Below are positions 31,368 through 44,403 of a stretch of DNA of 64,000 bases, piece by piece. A model generated the notes under the pieces. That model saw only the letters and a list, made by a program, of their open reading frames with translations, did no database searches and was not told where the DNA came from. Position 1 is the first letter of the stretch, and each line of letters starts with the position of its first letter. The position numbers were made by a program, and so were the translations under genes. The stretch lies in assembly GCA_951406725.2 (NCBI GenBank), contig OX597824.1:27156001-27220000 (forward strand). Reading direction: 5' to 3'. This DNA is from Octopus vulgaris (Eukaryota).

Positions 31368-31553
31368 CGCGTGTGTGTATGTGTGTTTGTGTATCCATTG
31401 CTATGTATATGTGTGTGTTCGCAAAGGTATACATATATATATTTATATATATATATATATATACATACATACACATATATGTGTTTGTGTGAGTGTGCAT
31501 GGTTATATATATTTACACACACATATATGTATACATACAAATATGTCTATCTA

Positions 31554-31609
<56 letters not shown>

Positions 31610-31823
31610 CATAGATATATATATATGTGTGTATATATATATGAAATATATATATATATATGATATATATATATATATGTACATATATATATATATGCAT
31701 ATATATGCATACATATACACATATGTAGATATATATATACATATATATATTCGTATGTATGTTATTTTTACAACCATGTACGTGTGCATGTATACATATA
31801 ACCACATATATAATTACATAAAC

Positions 31824-31858
<35 letters not shown>

Positions 31859-32342
31859 TGCATATAAACATACAAGCATAACATATATTGGAACAAGAGT
31901 CCATCTAATCGTGGCACAACGCGCAAGGAGGTTAACAGAAATAATTAAGATACAGAACATGAACAGAAGCGAAGGCTGGTGAAGTAGGGACGATCGTAAC
32001 GAATATGAGACGCAGGGCGCAGGCGCAGACGTTGTAAACGTGTAGCAGACGTAAAGCAGATGTGATGAATAACAGAGATGAAGGCTAAAGATATATGTAT
32101 TCTATTAAATATCTATCGCACCGCATTTAAATACCACTATTACCACCGCAAAACCCCACACACTACTTGGTCCGTACTGTTGTATCGCCGTGATATATAG
32201 CGAATGTAACCTGATATAGTTTGTACGTGAAGATAACGCAAATAAGAAGATTGTATGAATGGAAACAGTATGGTGAAATGTTTGATAATGATAATTTCGT
32301 TATATATTTATTAAGTCATGGAGATATACATACATACATACA

Positions 32343-32374
<32 letters not shown>

Positions 32375-32413
32375 CATATACATATACATAAACATATATA
32401 TATATATAAACAT

Positions 32414-32454
<41 letters not shown>

Positions 32455-32458
<4 letters not shown>

Positions 32459-32736
32459 AATATAATATGTGACAGTTATTCGGTAGCCATGATAAAACTC
32501 CGAGTTTCGGATGTCGGAGCGGAAGCCCACGTCCCCATCTCTTCAAAATGCTATGGAAATGACCGTTAAAACAAAGCGAAATTACTGTAATTTCCCTTTC
32601 TTTTAACGGTCATTTTCATAGCATTTTTTTTGATGGCCCGATAACTGAAGAGATGCCGGCGTGGGTTTCCGTCCCGACATCCGAAACTCGGAGTTTTATC
32701 ATGGCTACCGAATAATTGTCACATATTACATTTACA
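32455..32736. repeat. Long inverted repeat (about 280 bp fold-back)
   Basis: Arms taatatgtgacagttattcggtagccatgataaaactccgagtttcggatgtcgg / ccgacatccgaaactcggagttttatcatggctaccgaataattgtcacatatta; centre gaaattactgtaatttc near 32586. Confidence 0.93.
32636..32706 (+). ncRNA. Type I hammerhead ribozyme motif (Penelope-like)
   Basis: gataa-CTGAAGA(32645-32651)-gatg...catcc-GAAA(32683-32686)-ctc g gag-TT-ttatc. 5-bp helix I gataa/ttatc, helix II gatg/catc, palindromic helix III ACTCGGAGT, GUU triplet. Confidence 0.72.
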
Positions 32737-32864
32737 GATAAATTCCTCTATTTACATAATATCGAGGTCTCTTTCATTCTTTTGTTGTCTTGCCATTTCT
32801 ATCAATATATATGTATGTATATATATTATATATATATGCATATATGTATATATATTTAAGTCAT

Positions 32865-32915
<51 letters not shown>

Positions 32916-34025
32916 AATAAAATATATGCATATATATAAACATATATGTACGTACCTACCTCTACATGTACATATACACGCATATATGTGTACAGGACAC
33001 CAAAAAGACGTCGAACACATAGAGAGACGAAAAACATAGACACAAACCAAGGAACAAGACAGGCAAAAAAAAAAAAAAGAGAGATACCGGACAATAAGCA
33101 CAACGAAAAATCCCCTTCTTCAGTCGCTAAAGTTTCATCTATTAAACGTTTCGAAGGATAAAAGCGAGACCTATACTTCGAATGAAAATTCCTTCCTGCG
33201 AAAAGCAAATCAATTAAAATTCTGAGATCTTTTCGCAGAGGGGTAAAAAGCAAGACGGTAACGACAGTACAAACATATAAACAGTAAAAAATATATATAT
33301 AAACAGTGGAAAAATAAATATATAACAGTGAGAGACAGGACAAGGAGAACAATACACTTGTATGTATATATATGTTTATATATATACATATGTGTGTGTG
33401 TGTGTATTTATACATATACACACGCATATATATCTTTTATATGTATGTATTTTTGCTAGTTTCGGTCATTTGACTGCGGCAATGCTGGGGCATCGTCTTG
33501 AAGGGCTGAGGTGAACATTTGAAGGTCACCACTTAGGTTTTTTTTAAAGAAATATGTGTGCGTGTGTGTTAATGGGTTACCAGCCTTTAAAATATAAGCA
33601 AAACTAGTATGCGGACCAATTTATTCGACCAAAATTTTTAATGGCGGTGCCCCAGAATGGCCGTTATCTAATGACCAAACAAGCAAAAGATAAAGAAATC
33701 AAAAGATTGAGATTCATGTATTTGTGCATGTCTATAATTGATAATATAGTCGGACTGTTTCACTCTTCGATAAATCCAGGCTGATAAATCCAGAGATATG
33801 ATGAAGCCACTGACTATTGGTCACTATGAGACTTTGGAGATTCAACCTTCCATAACAAGTCTTTGCTCTAGATAGGTATTGAGTTCTTTCTTTTTTAGAT
33901 TAGTTAATACATTGGACAGGCTTAATTGCTCTCCTCCTTCACGGTCTCTCTGTCTCTCTCTCTCTCACTCTCTCTTTCCACCCACACACACACACACACA
34001 CACACGTATTGCTATTGGTCTTTCA

Positions 34026-34095
<70 letters not shown>

Positions 34096-34585
34096 GTCTA
34101 TCTAACTATCTATCTATCTATCTATCTGTCTATCTGTCTGTCTGTCTGTCTCTTTGTCTCTCTTTCTCTCTCTCTCTCTCTATCTATATTTGCATCTATG
34201 TATCCATCTGTCTATCTGCTAGCTATCTGTCTGTCTGTCTGTCTAGCTATCTGTCTGTCTGTCTGTCTGTCGACCTGTCTGACTTCCGTCTCTTTGCCCA
34301 TCTCACTGTTCATCTATCTACTTGACAGTGTCTGTCTGTCAGCCTCTCTCTCTCTCTCTCTATCCATCTCACCTAAACCTAATCCTCTCATCTTCACTCA
34401 TTATAATCACAATCGATCTATTCCGCTCCCCGCCCCCACCGTCGACACCATCTCCCCTATTTATTCTAAACAAATCTCTCCCCCAATATCTAATCCCGCC
34501 ATCCTTCCTAAGATGCACCTCTCTTTTCTTATCTACTCTGCTGATTATCTCGTCCTTTTTCTTCTTCCTCTCCTTCTCACACATC

Positions 34586-34624
<39 letters not shown>

Positions 34625-35621
34625 TCTCTCTCTCTTCTTATCCTCTCTCTCTTCCCCTTTTCTATCTCTGTCTTTTCTTCAAGTATTTTCTCTGACTTTT
34701 CACTGACTTTCACTGATGGAAAGAATGTTCCAGCGAATATATAGTCACATGACTGTCACATGACATCGCTGCTGCTATTCAATTCAATTTATATAATGGA
34801 TATTGGACAGCTGAGATTGAAATAACCACCGTTGCCATCACCCTTCTCCTCCTCATTCGCACTCACACATTCACACAAATATATATGCATAAGTACACTC
34901 AGACAAACACAAGTACGATATTTTATTGCTTTCTGCCGACTTCAGCATCCATCCATCTATCCATCTATCTATCCATCCACCCATCTATCCATCCATCCAT
35001 CCATCCATCCATCCATTCATCCATCCATCCATCCATCCGTCCATCCGTCCATCCGTCCATCCGTCCATCCATCCTTCTTTCAACAGGAATCCACCCTCCC
35101 CTCGTTTTATACCGTAAGCCACGTGTTTAGAATCTCAGAACTGCTACATGTTTTAATATCGTTCGAATCTTCTTGATTGCCATGTGGGAAAGAAGATCCT
35201 AATATGGTGGGGGTTGTGGCTAAAGTAGAATAGTGTACAATATAATAAGAGACGAGTATAGAACAGTATTACAACTCAATACACCGTAGAATAGGGTGTC
35301 AATAGAATAAAGATAGTGATAGGCAGCTATGTAGTATTCTATCGTATTTCGGGAGTTGAATGAAATATTCTTGGTCTTAGGTCAACGAGTAATGACTTGT
35401 GGTTGAACAGCTACAGCAATACAAATAAGAAGAATATGATCCTACCACTGCCATCAATACACCCGCCATCACCATCACCATCACCATCACCATCACCATC
35501 ACCATCACCATCAATCTCACAACCAAAAAATAACAATAAGACCACCAGGCACCACTGACACCAGCTTACCAACTTTTGTATAACCAACAGGCAATAGCAA
35601 TGAAAATATCAGCATGCTACA

Positions 35622-35658
35622 ATGTCTGTAGCTACATATGTTGGAAGTAAGCCTAACG
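35622..35658 (+). CDS. Candidate short upstream coding exon of LMO
   Basis: acaATG TCT GTA GCT ACA TAT GTT GGA AGT AAG CCT AAC G|GTGAGT: 12 codons plus 1 nt, consensus donor, phase 1 compatible (MSVATYVGSKPNG-PMQ...). The donor abuts a GT/GA repeat, so it may be chance. Confidence 0.3.
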
Positions 35659-36661
35659 GTGAGTGAGTGTGTGTGAGTAGAGTGTGTAATTTTTATGGCT
35701 CAAGTTAAAAGTGCAAGACGAGAAGTACCATGAATTTGGTAACCTTTCAACAACCTGTAATCATAAGTACTTCCTTCCATCTCACTCCTTCAGTCTTTCA
35801 TCTCATTTCTGTTCTTACTGCTATGGCAATGATGTTTTGCGTTCACAAACGCTTCTTTCCCCCGTGCTTCTTCTTTTACTACATATTTATTGTGGATAAT
35901 TGTTCATTACCACAGTCGTTGGATTTACCTACATTTCAAAATCTCTGGAAGTAGCCATGAAGGGCAACTGAAGGCAGTAGTGTGAATAGGAACAGTAAAA
36001 GAATTATACTGGGTATTAAACTTGATATTTCAAAAAGATTTGATGCAGAGGATGACATTAGCTACGTTGCTAAAGCATTAAACTTTGCAACGTCATGTAA
36101 AACGAATGATCGAAAAGACTTCTGTGTTAACTGCTCGGATCTTATTTTTTCATAGCTCTTATGTGATGCTTAAAACGGAACGGCTCCTAAGTGTAGGGAT
36201 CGACGATCCAATACATCTCAATGTGGCAATGAGCATGATGTAAATTTTAAAAATAAAACTAAAAGTTCATGTGATGATTTGCATAAAAAGCAAAATGAAA
36301 CTTGAAATGAAACAAAAAAATGGAAGCTATTTTGGCTAGTAAAGTCTGGGTCGAAAGGTTTAAGAAATATTTGAATTTGTGCAGCAGACACATGGCTGTA
36401 GAGAGTGCAGTACTGATACAGTGGCTATGATAATCCAAAGAATACTGCTAAAGGCTTAGAAAAACTGAAGGACCGCTGCGATAAGTTGCGAATCTGAGAG
36501 AGGAATATGTTGGAAAATATCATAATTAACTGATGCTCCTGTATTTTCTTTTACCCAAAGCCAGGACGTTTCAGTACCCCTTCGTGTATACACACAAACA
36601 GAAATTGCTTATGCAAAACTATGTCCCATGTGCGTGCGTGCTTTTTTGTGTTCATGTTTGT

Positions 36662-36749
<88 letters not shown>

Positions 36750-36834
36750 TATATATATATGAAACATTATTATCGACTTGGAAAAAGGAGAGATTTAATG
36801 GATACAAATTAATTTATTAATTAGTCAACATATT

Positions 36835-36937
36835 CACCTACTATTGTTTCATTTCACAGACAAAATTAAAATTACAAAACATATATGAATATATAATTTT
36901 GCACTTTAAATATCTTGTATGGAAACTCATCAGGGTG
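36835..36937 (-). ncRNA. Type I hammerhead ribozyme motif with long helix II
   Basis: Minus strand: cacc-CTGATGA-gtttc...(AT-rich hairpin)...gaaat-GAAA-caatag-TA-ggtg. Helix I cacc/ggtg, helix II gtttc/gaaat, GUA triplet, AATAAA downstream, next to a (TA)n tract. Confidence 0.68.
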
Positions 36938-37079
36938 TACAAAGGACAATCAGGATTACATTAGGAAACGCTCGGAATACTCAGAATTGTGTTTTGCATG
37001 TATATATAAGTATGTATACATGTATGTTTGTCTATATGTATGTAGGTAAGTAGGTTAGCAGGTAGGTAGGTAGGTAGGT

Positions 37080-37118
<39 letters not shown>

Positions 37119-37240
37119 TTTGTGTGTATATCAGCAGAGAAATAGGTAATTTATCTACACAAATATATATATATATATCGTTTGTAGAAAGCATAAACCC
37201 GAAAGAAGGACATTCTAAGATGTAGAGCAGTATATATTAA

Positions 37241-37383
37241 AAATGGGGAAGGCCGGTTTATGGGATTACCACAGGTTTCACGTCCATAAAGTGTTTAGCT
37301 TTATGGCGTATCGTCAGATCCCGAAAATTTGTTGACCCATTATGGACGGGAAACCTACGGCAATCCCATAGACCTGCCGTCCC

Positions 37384-37389
<6 letters not shown>
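37241..37389. mobile_element. About 150-bp MITE with about 45-bp imperfect TIRs
   Basis: ggccggtttatgggattaccacaggtttcacgtccataa / ttatggacgggaaacctacggcaatcccatagacctgcc, in TA-rich context. Confidence 0.75.
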
Positions 37390-37432
<43 letters not shown>

Positions 37433-38108
37433 TATATGTTCTGGCTTCTCATGTAGATGGCCATAGGTGAAATTTAACGACAATGGAATGATGGCACGTT
37501 TGTGAGACAAGGTAATTAGTGGCGTTTATGTTTGCAGGTATAAGTGTTGACGGATGTGAGTGATGACAGAAGGAAACGGGTGATGTTAGTGGAGGTTGTG
37601 GCTGTTTCTATTACTGATTCTATAATTATGGCTCTGTGGTTAAAAATCAAGGTATGTAGCTACGTGATTTCAGGTGCGGTTCCACTGAGCGTCACCTTGG
37701 GCAAGCACCTTCCACCATAGACCCGGGCCGACCAACGTCGTGAGTGACATTGTTTGGTGGAAACTGTGCGGAAGCCACTCACTCACACACACACACACAT
37801 ATACACACATATGTATGTATGTACTTCTGTGTGTGTGAGTCTTTGTGTCTCTGTTAGTCCCCACAATCACTGTCTCTGTACAACTGTATCTTTTTACGTT
37901 CCTGTAACTTAGCAGATCGGCAAAAAGCGTCCGGTTGAATAAGTACCAGTCTTAAAAATTAGTCATGTGTAAAAGTAGAGGTGGTTGTTTTGGTGCTGGT
38001 GGTTATGGTGGCAGTGTTTGCTGTGTTGTGGTGGTAGTTTATAGATGTAAAGACTGCTAACAGCAGCAGCAGTAGTTGTAGTGGTAGTAGTAGTAGTAGT
38101 GGTAATCA

Positions 38109-38142
<34 letters not shown>

Positions 38143-38827
38143 CGTAGTAGTGGTGATAATTGTAGCGGTGGTGTTGGTGCTTGTGCTGTTCCAAACTGTG
38201 ATGTTGGTGGTGGTGGTGTTGGTGTCGTGCTGGTAGTACTGTCGTTAATAATGGCAATAGTGGTGATGATGATGATGGTGGTGGTAGTAGTAGTGTTGGT
38301 GATGATAGTGGTGGTGGTGGATGTGGGGGTTCTAGTACTATTGATTGGTATTGGATATGGTGGTGAATGGTGCTAGTTCTGCAGTTTGTGTTGTTGTTGT
38401 TGGTGGTGATGATGGTGATGCTGGAGGTGTTGGTGTACCAATAAGAATGGTGTGTGAACGGGAGAGGTAAAGCGGTGTCGGGGAGTAGGGGCGGCGGCTA
38501 CCAAAAGTGCAAGGGAAGAGTGCATCTCAAAAATTGGTTGTTGTGCAATCATTAATTATAATGATTAATTATAAATTTAGCTGCGAGGATTCAATTAACC
38601 CCCACAACCAACTAATTCAACCCCCCAACAACGTCCCTCACTCTCCCTCACTCCCTCCATCTCTCTCTCTCGCTCTCGCTCTCTTCTCCTTCCTCTTCTT
38701 TCTTCCTCACACCACTACTCCTGGTTTTCCCTTCAAGTCTTTTCTTCAACCACTTCAATTAAGAAGCCATACAGCAAACGTTACATCACTAATTCTTCTC
38801 TCTCGTTCAAGTCTCACTTTCCCCTCT

Positions 38828-38927
<100 letters not shown>

Positions 38928-39119
38928 TCCTTCCTTCCTTCCTTCCTTTATTTTGATTTCTTCTTTCTTTCATTCGTTTTTCTCTCGATCCACGCAGCAC
39001 ACACTCATATATGCACACTCACACACGCACGCACGCACGAACACGATCATATTTGTATGCATGTTTGTATGTATGTATGTATGTATGTATCTATCTATCT
39101 ATCTATCTAACGATCGATA

Positions 39120-39159
<40 letters not shown>

Positions 39160-39206
39160 GGTCTGTCTGTCTGTCTGTCTATCTGTCTGTCCGTCTCTCT
39201 GTCTAT

Positions 39207-39281
<75 letters not shown>

Positions 39282-39398
39282 ACTATCTATCTGTCTGTCT
39301 ATCTATCTATCTTTTTAACTGTCTGTCCGTCTCTCTGTCTATTTATCTATCTATCTTTTTAACTGTCTGTCTGTCTGTCTGTCTGTCTGCCTTCCTGC

Positions 39399-39534
<136 letters not shown>

Positions 39535-39838
39535 ATGTATGTCTGTCTGTCTGTCTGTCTGTCTGTCTAGCTACCAACCTATCCATCTTCACACATACAC
39601 ACACACACACACACACAAGCACACACACACATACATACATGCATAAACACATACATAAACACACACACATATACTATTCACATATATTTAAAAATAAGCG
39701 GTCGTTTGTGCGTGTGTTTGTGTGTGTTGCCTAAGTGTGTGTGTGTGTGTGCGTGTATAAATATGTATGTGTGTATGTATTATATACGTATGTATACTCA
39801 GTGACAGACACATGCAACCACCCAGCCTTCCTCACGTA

Positions 39839-39879
<41 letters not shown>

Positions 39880-40512
39880 ATCCACACACATTCACGCATA
39901 TTTGTGTCACTATTTCCCTCTCCCTCCTTAATTTTCTTTTCCTCTCTTTTTCTATCTCTGTTCATTTATCTCATATTCGACCCCCTCTCTCCCTCTTGCT
40001 ACTTCTCTCTCTCCCTCTCTCTCTGTCTTTGATCCCCTCCTTTTCTGCCTCTCCCTTTCTCTAACTCCTCTCTCTTTCCCTGTCTCCTACTTTCGCTCAC
40101 CCCGTCTCTGCGTCTACTTATTGGTCCCGCCACCTCTCTTACATTCACTATACTATCTTTTCCCCATCTCTCTCCCTCTTCCTCTTCCACTGTCTCTCTC
40201 CTCCCCATCTGCCTCTCTTTCTCTACACCTGCATCACACTAACATTCCCTGACCGTAATTATCACTAATGGATTGCAGCAATGTTTTACAGTGTAGACAT
40301 ATAAACAGACAGACAGGCAAACAGACACATGCACACACGTGCACACGCACGCACACACACGTGCACACACACACACGTGCACACGCACACACACACTCAC
40401 ACAGAGTAGACTGATATATTATGGTCAAATACAAACAAGCATACAGACTCACACACGCACATACACAAACACACAATGACATGCATACATATGCAAATAC
40501 GACATGCATACT

Positions 40513-40892
40513 GTGGAGGCGCAATGGCCCAGTGGTTAGGGCAGCGGACGCGCGGTCTTAGGATCGCGGTTTCAATTCCCAGACCGGGCGTTGTGAATAT
40601 TTATTGAGGGAAAACATCTAAAGCTTCACGAGGCTCCGACAGGGAGTGATGGTGATCCCTGATGTACTCTTTCACTACAACTTTCTCATACTCTTACTTC
40701 CTGTTTCTGTTGTACCTGTATTTCAGAGGGCCAGCCTTATCACACTCTGTGTCACGCTTAATCTCCCCGAGAACTACGTTAAGGGTACACGTGTCTGTGG
40801 AGTGCTCAGCCACTTGCATGTTAATTTCACGAGCTGGCTGTTCCGTTGGTCGGATCAACTGGAACCCTCGTCATCGTAACCGACGGAGTACC
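40513..40892 (+). mobile_element. SINE family C (tRNA-derived head), representative copy
   Basis: gtggaggcgcaatggcccagtggttagggcagcggac...ggtttcaattccc (A/B boxes). Other copies at about 6208-6490(+), 15290-15678(-), 19861-20155(+), 52330-52459(-), 56065-56384(-), 63919-64000(+, runs off the window). Confidence 0.88.
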
Positions 40893-40917
40893 GACCACCA
40901 CTACATGCATACTACGC

Positions 40918-41348
40918 TATGCTGTGTGGTAAGTAGCTTGCTTACCAACCACATGGTTCCGGATTCAGTACCACTGCGTGGCACCTTGGGCAAGGGTCTT
41001 CTACTATAGACTCGGGCCGACCAAAGCCTTGTGAGTGGATTTGGTAGAATGGATTTGGCAGACGGAAACTGAAAGAAGCCCGTCGTATATATATATATAT
41101 ATGTACATACATATATGTATGTGTGTGTATGTATTTGTGTGTCTGTGTTTGCCTCCCCCACCACAACATCGCTTGACAACCGATGCTGGTGTGTTTACGT
41201 TCCCGTAAGTTTGGCAAAAGAGAACGATAGAATAAGTACTAGGCTTACAAAGAATAAGTCCTGGGGTCGATTTGCTCGACGAACGGCGGTGCTCCAGCAT
41301 GGCCGCAGTTAAATAACTGAAGCAAGTAAAAGATAAAAGGATAAAAGG
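40918..41348 (+). mobile_element. SINE family A (tRNA-type head, internal TA/TG microsatellite), representative copy
   Basis: ggctgtgtggtaag (A box)...ggttccggattcagtacc (B box)...gtgctccagcatggccgcagt...gtaaaaga tail. Further copies at about 166-527(-), 4035-4240(+), 16556-17147(+), 17225-17662(-), 37630-37965(+), 43810-44347(-), 45232-45820(-), 50247-51253(-), 51840-52260(-), 52490-52890(-). Confidence 0.9.
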
Positions 41349-41364
41349 ATATGTATATTTATGT

Positions 41365-41800
41365 ATGCCACAGTCTTAGGACTGAAACGTATGAAGGAAT
41401 AACAGGATACATCTATCTATATCTTTGTAAATCATTATTTGTACCCTGTACCTGCATGGAAATATGTATGGCTAAAACTCTTAGGTACATATTATATACG
41501 AGACTGGGCACAGGAATGTTGGTCGACCATGGCTCAGATATAAGGACAAGCTGAATTGTAACTTCTTAGAAATGAGGATAACACACAACACCTTAAAGCG
41601 AACAGCCTTGGAACGAACAAAATGGAGATCGTTGTGTCAAAATGGTATTAAAAACTTTATTGCAGGCAGCATTAACAGGCATCAGGATGCAAGGCAAAGG
41701 AGAAAAGCAGCTGTAAATATACTATCAACACTAACCTGTAATCCTCAAACTTGCAACATCTTTGGCCCTTCTTTGCAAATCGTTGGCGGGAGTAGAGATT
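41365..41800 (+). mobile_element. RTE-clade LINE C-terminal fragment
   Basis: RNVGRPWLRYKDKLNCNFLEMRITHNTLKRTALERTKWRSLCQNGIKNF matches the RTE GRP..RYKD..A.DR..WR signature. Confidence 0.72.
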
Positions 41801-41950
41801 TTTGCCAACATAACATGGCGGGATTGTCATGTTATGTTGGCAAAAGTCTTTACTCCAAAGTACTGTTGCTGAATATCTTTCATTGTGAGATTTAATACTA
41901 AATTGAATTTTTCCCTGTAAGTTTGGATTTATACTCCCTAATATTATTAT

Positions 41951-41988
<38 letters not shown>

Positions 41989-42167
41989 AGATAGAGAAAG
42001 AGAGAGAGAGAGAGAGATGGTGGGAACGATGATTTCCCTTCGCAAATTCTACTCTGACACAGAGAGTGTTTCGTTAGCCAACTGGAGGAGATGTCTTCTT
42101 GCGGTTATAAACAACAGTAGCAACGTCCCCTATGGGACCACCACATTTGGGTTGCAAATATATTTCA

Positions 42168-42199
<32 letters not shown>

Positions 42200-42202
<3 letters not shown>

Positions 42203-42405
42203 ATCCAAACATGAACAAAGAGAAAACACAACAACGCGATGACGTGGAACAAGTATAGTGTTATTGGACGCTCGGGAAAGAAAAGAAAGAAGGAGGATTT
42301 CACGTTTCAAGCGGAGCTCTTCTTCAGAAATATAGAAAAAAAGGAAAAGTTCAAGGAAGGGAAGACGGAAAAGAAAATCGCCAACGATACACACGCGGTC
42401 ACATA
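42200..42405 (-). mobile_element. Short non-coding element with a hammerhead-like core (same family as 21421-21622)
   Basis: Minus strand: attt-CTGAAGAA-gagc tcc gctt-GAAACGTG-aaat. Ends tttggattaac followed by (TA)n. Clearly homologous to the 21.5 kb copy. Confidence 0.6.
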
Positions 42406-42931
42406 TATACTATCTCACTAAATCTTACTCCCCTGTAGATAGAAAAATTGTCCTTTATTAGCATCAAATAAATCTCAAGAACGTAACACCTCCAAAGTCT
42501 TCACCTTTCGTCCGCTTTTCGGTTCCCGCCAAAAAAGACACTAGCCACTCCACAACCAACCGACCAACTAGCCAACCAACCAACCAACCAAACCACCAAA
42601 GTGAAACGAGCCGAGTGGTTTAGCTGATATATGTAATGAAATCAACACGCTGGCAATCTACTTTGAAAATATAGAGCTACACTAGATAGATGCTTGTATT
42701 AATTAGAAGCCAGCCACGTCAGAGTGGCACAATTTTCAATTAGAAGAAATTAATTTGTGCATTATTTATTTCGGTAGTGTCTTGCAGTTTATCAATAGCG
42801 TTGGGGACTGATTGCTAATTATTGTAATCATAGTGTTGCTTCCAGAAACTGCCACAGTTTTGAGGAGAGAATGAGGTAATAGTAACAAGTGAGATTGGTT
42901 GCTTACTACGAGTACGCGTATGTCCGAGTGC

Positions 42932-43073
<142 letters not shown>

Positions 43074-43245
43074 GTGTGTGTGTGTGGTTATATATACGCA
43101 TGTATTAAGCTATAAGCATATTTACATTTAGATGTATTTACACAGATTTATGTGAATGAGCGTACACACACACACACACACACACTATTACACACATAAA
43201 CACACACACACCTATATATATACGTGTGTATATATATATGTGTAC

Positions 43246-43294
<49 letters not shown>

Positions 43295-43415
43295 CATATA
43301 TACATATACACATATACACATATATACATATATATACTGTATATAATATATATATATATATATTATACACATATATATACATATATATATATATTATACA
43401 CATACATATATATAC

Positions 43416-43523
<108 letters not shown>

Positions 43524-44403
43524 ACACATACATAAGAACATAACAAGAATGAGCAGAGATAAACTGAAGCTGTCACATGATTTCTCCGTTTAGTCAACTT
43601 GACCAAATTTGTTTAATGAATGATAGTAATTAGTCTATTGATCTCGTGTGTGCGAAGCAGTAGGCAGTAGGAATGTCAGTAGATTATCAGTAGATTAACA
43701 GTAGATCGCTGTTGTACACTGGCAGTAGACTAACAGTAGATTGTCAATGCAATGACAATGTGTATACGTGCGATTCTGTGTGATTCTGTGTGGACTATAG
43801 GATCTTGTTTTTATCTTTCACTCCTTTGTCATTCAACTCTGGCCATGCTGGGGCATCGCTTTTTTTTTGCTTGTTTTGTAGTCGATGATCAAATTGCCCC
43901 TACTGCATAGTTCATTTTCTTGGTTCAGTCAGTTGATTGCGGTGATGCTGGTGCACCGCTTTTAGTCGAAGAAATCGACCCTAGGACTTATTCTTTGGGA
44001 ACCTAGTACTTATTCTATTGGTGTCTTTTGCCGAACAGCTAAGTTTCAGGGGATTATGCACCAGCATCGGTTGTCAAGCATCGGGGGACAAACACAGACA
44101 CACAAACAGATACACACACACATACACACACACGCACACACACACACACACACACATACATACACACACACACACACATACACACACACATATATATACG
44201 ACGGGCTTCTTTCAGTTTCCGACTACAAAATCCACTCCCGAGGCTATAGTAGAAGATACTTGCCCAAGGTGCCACGAAGTGGACTGAACCCGGAAGCATG
44301 TGGTTGGGAAGCAAGCTACTTACCACACAGCCACTCCTGCGCACCTACACACTTTTATTTATGTATGTACGTATGTAGCAATATGAATACATACATTACC
44401 GAG

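Noticed and set aside
40513-40590. tRNA gene
   Set aside because: The A/B boxes belong to a multi-copy SINE head with no convincing cloverleaf; the same applies to the other SINE heads.
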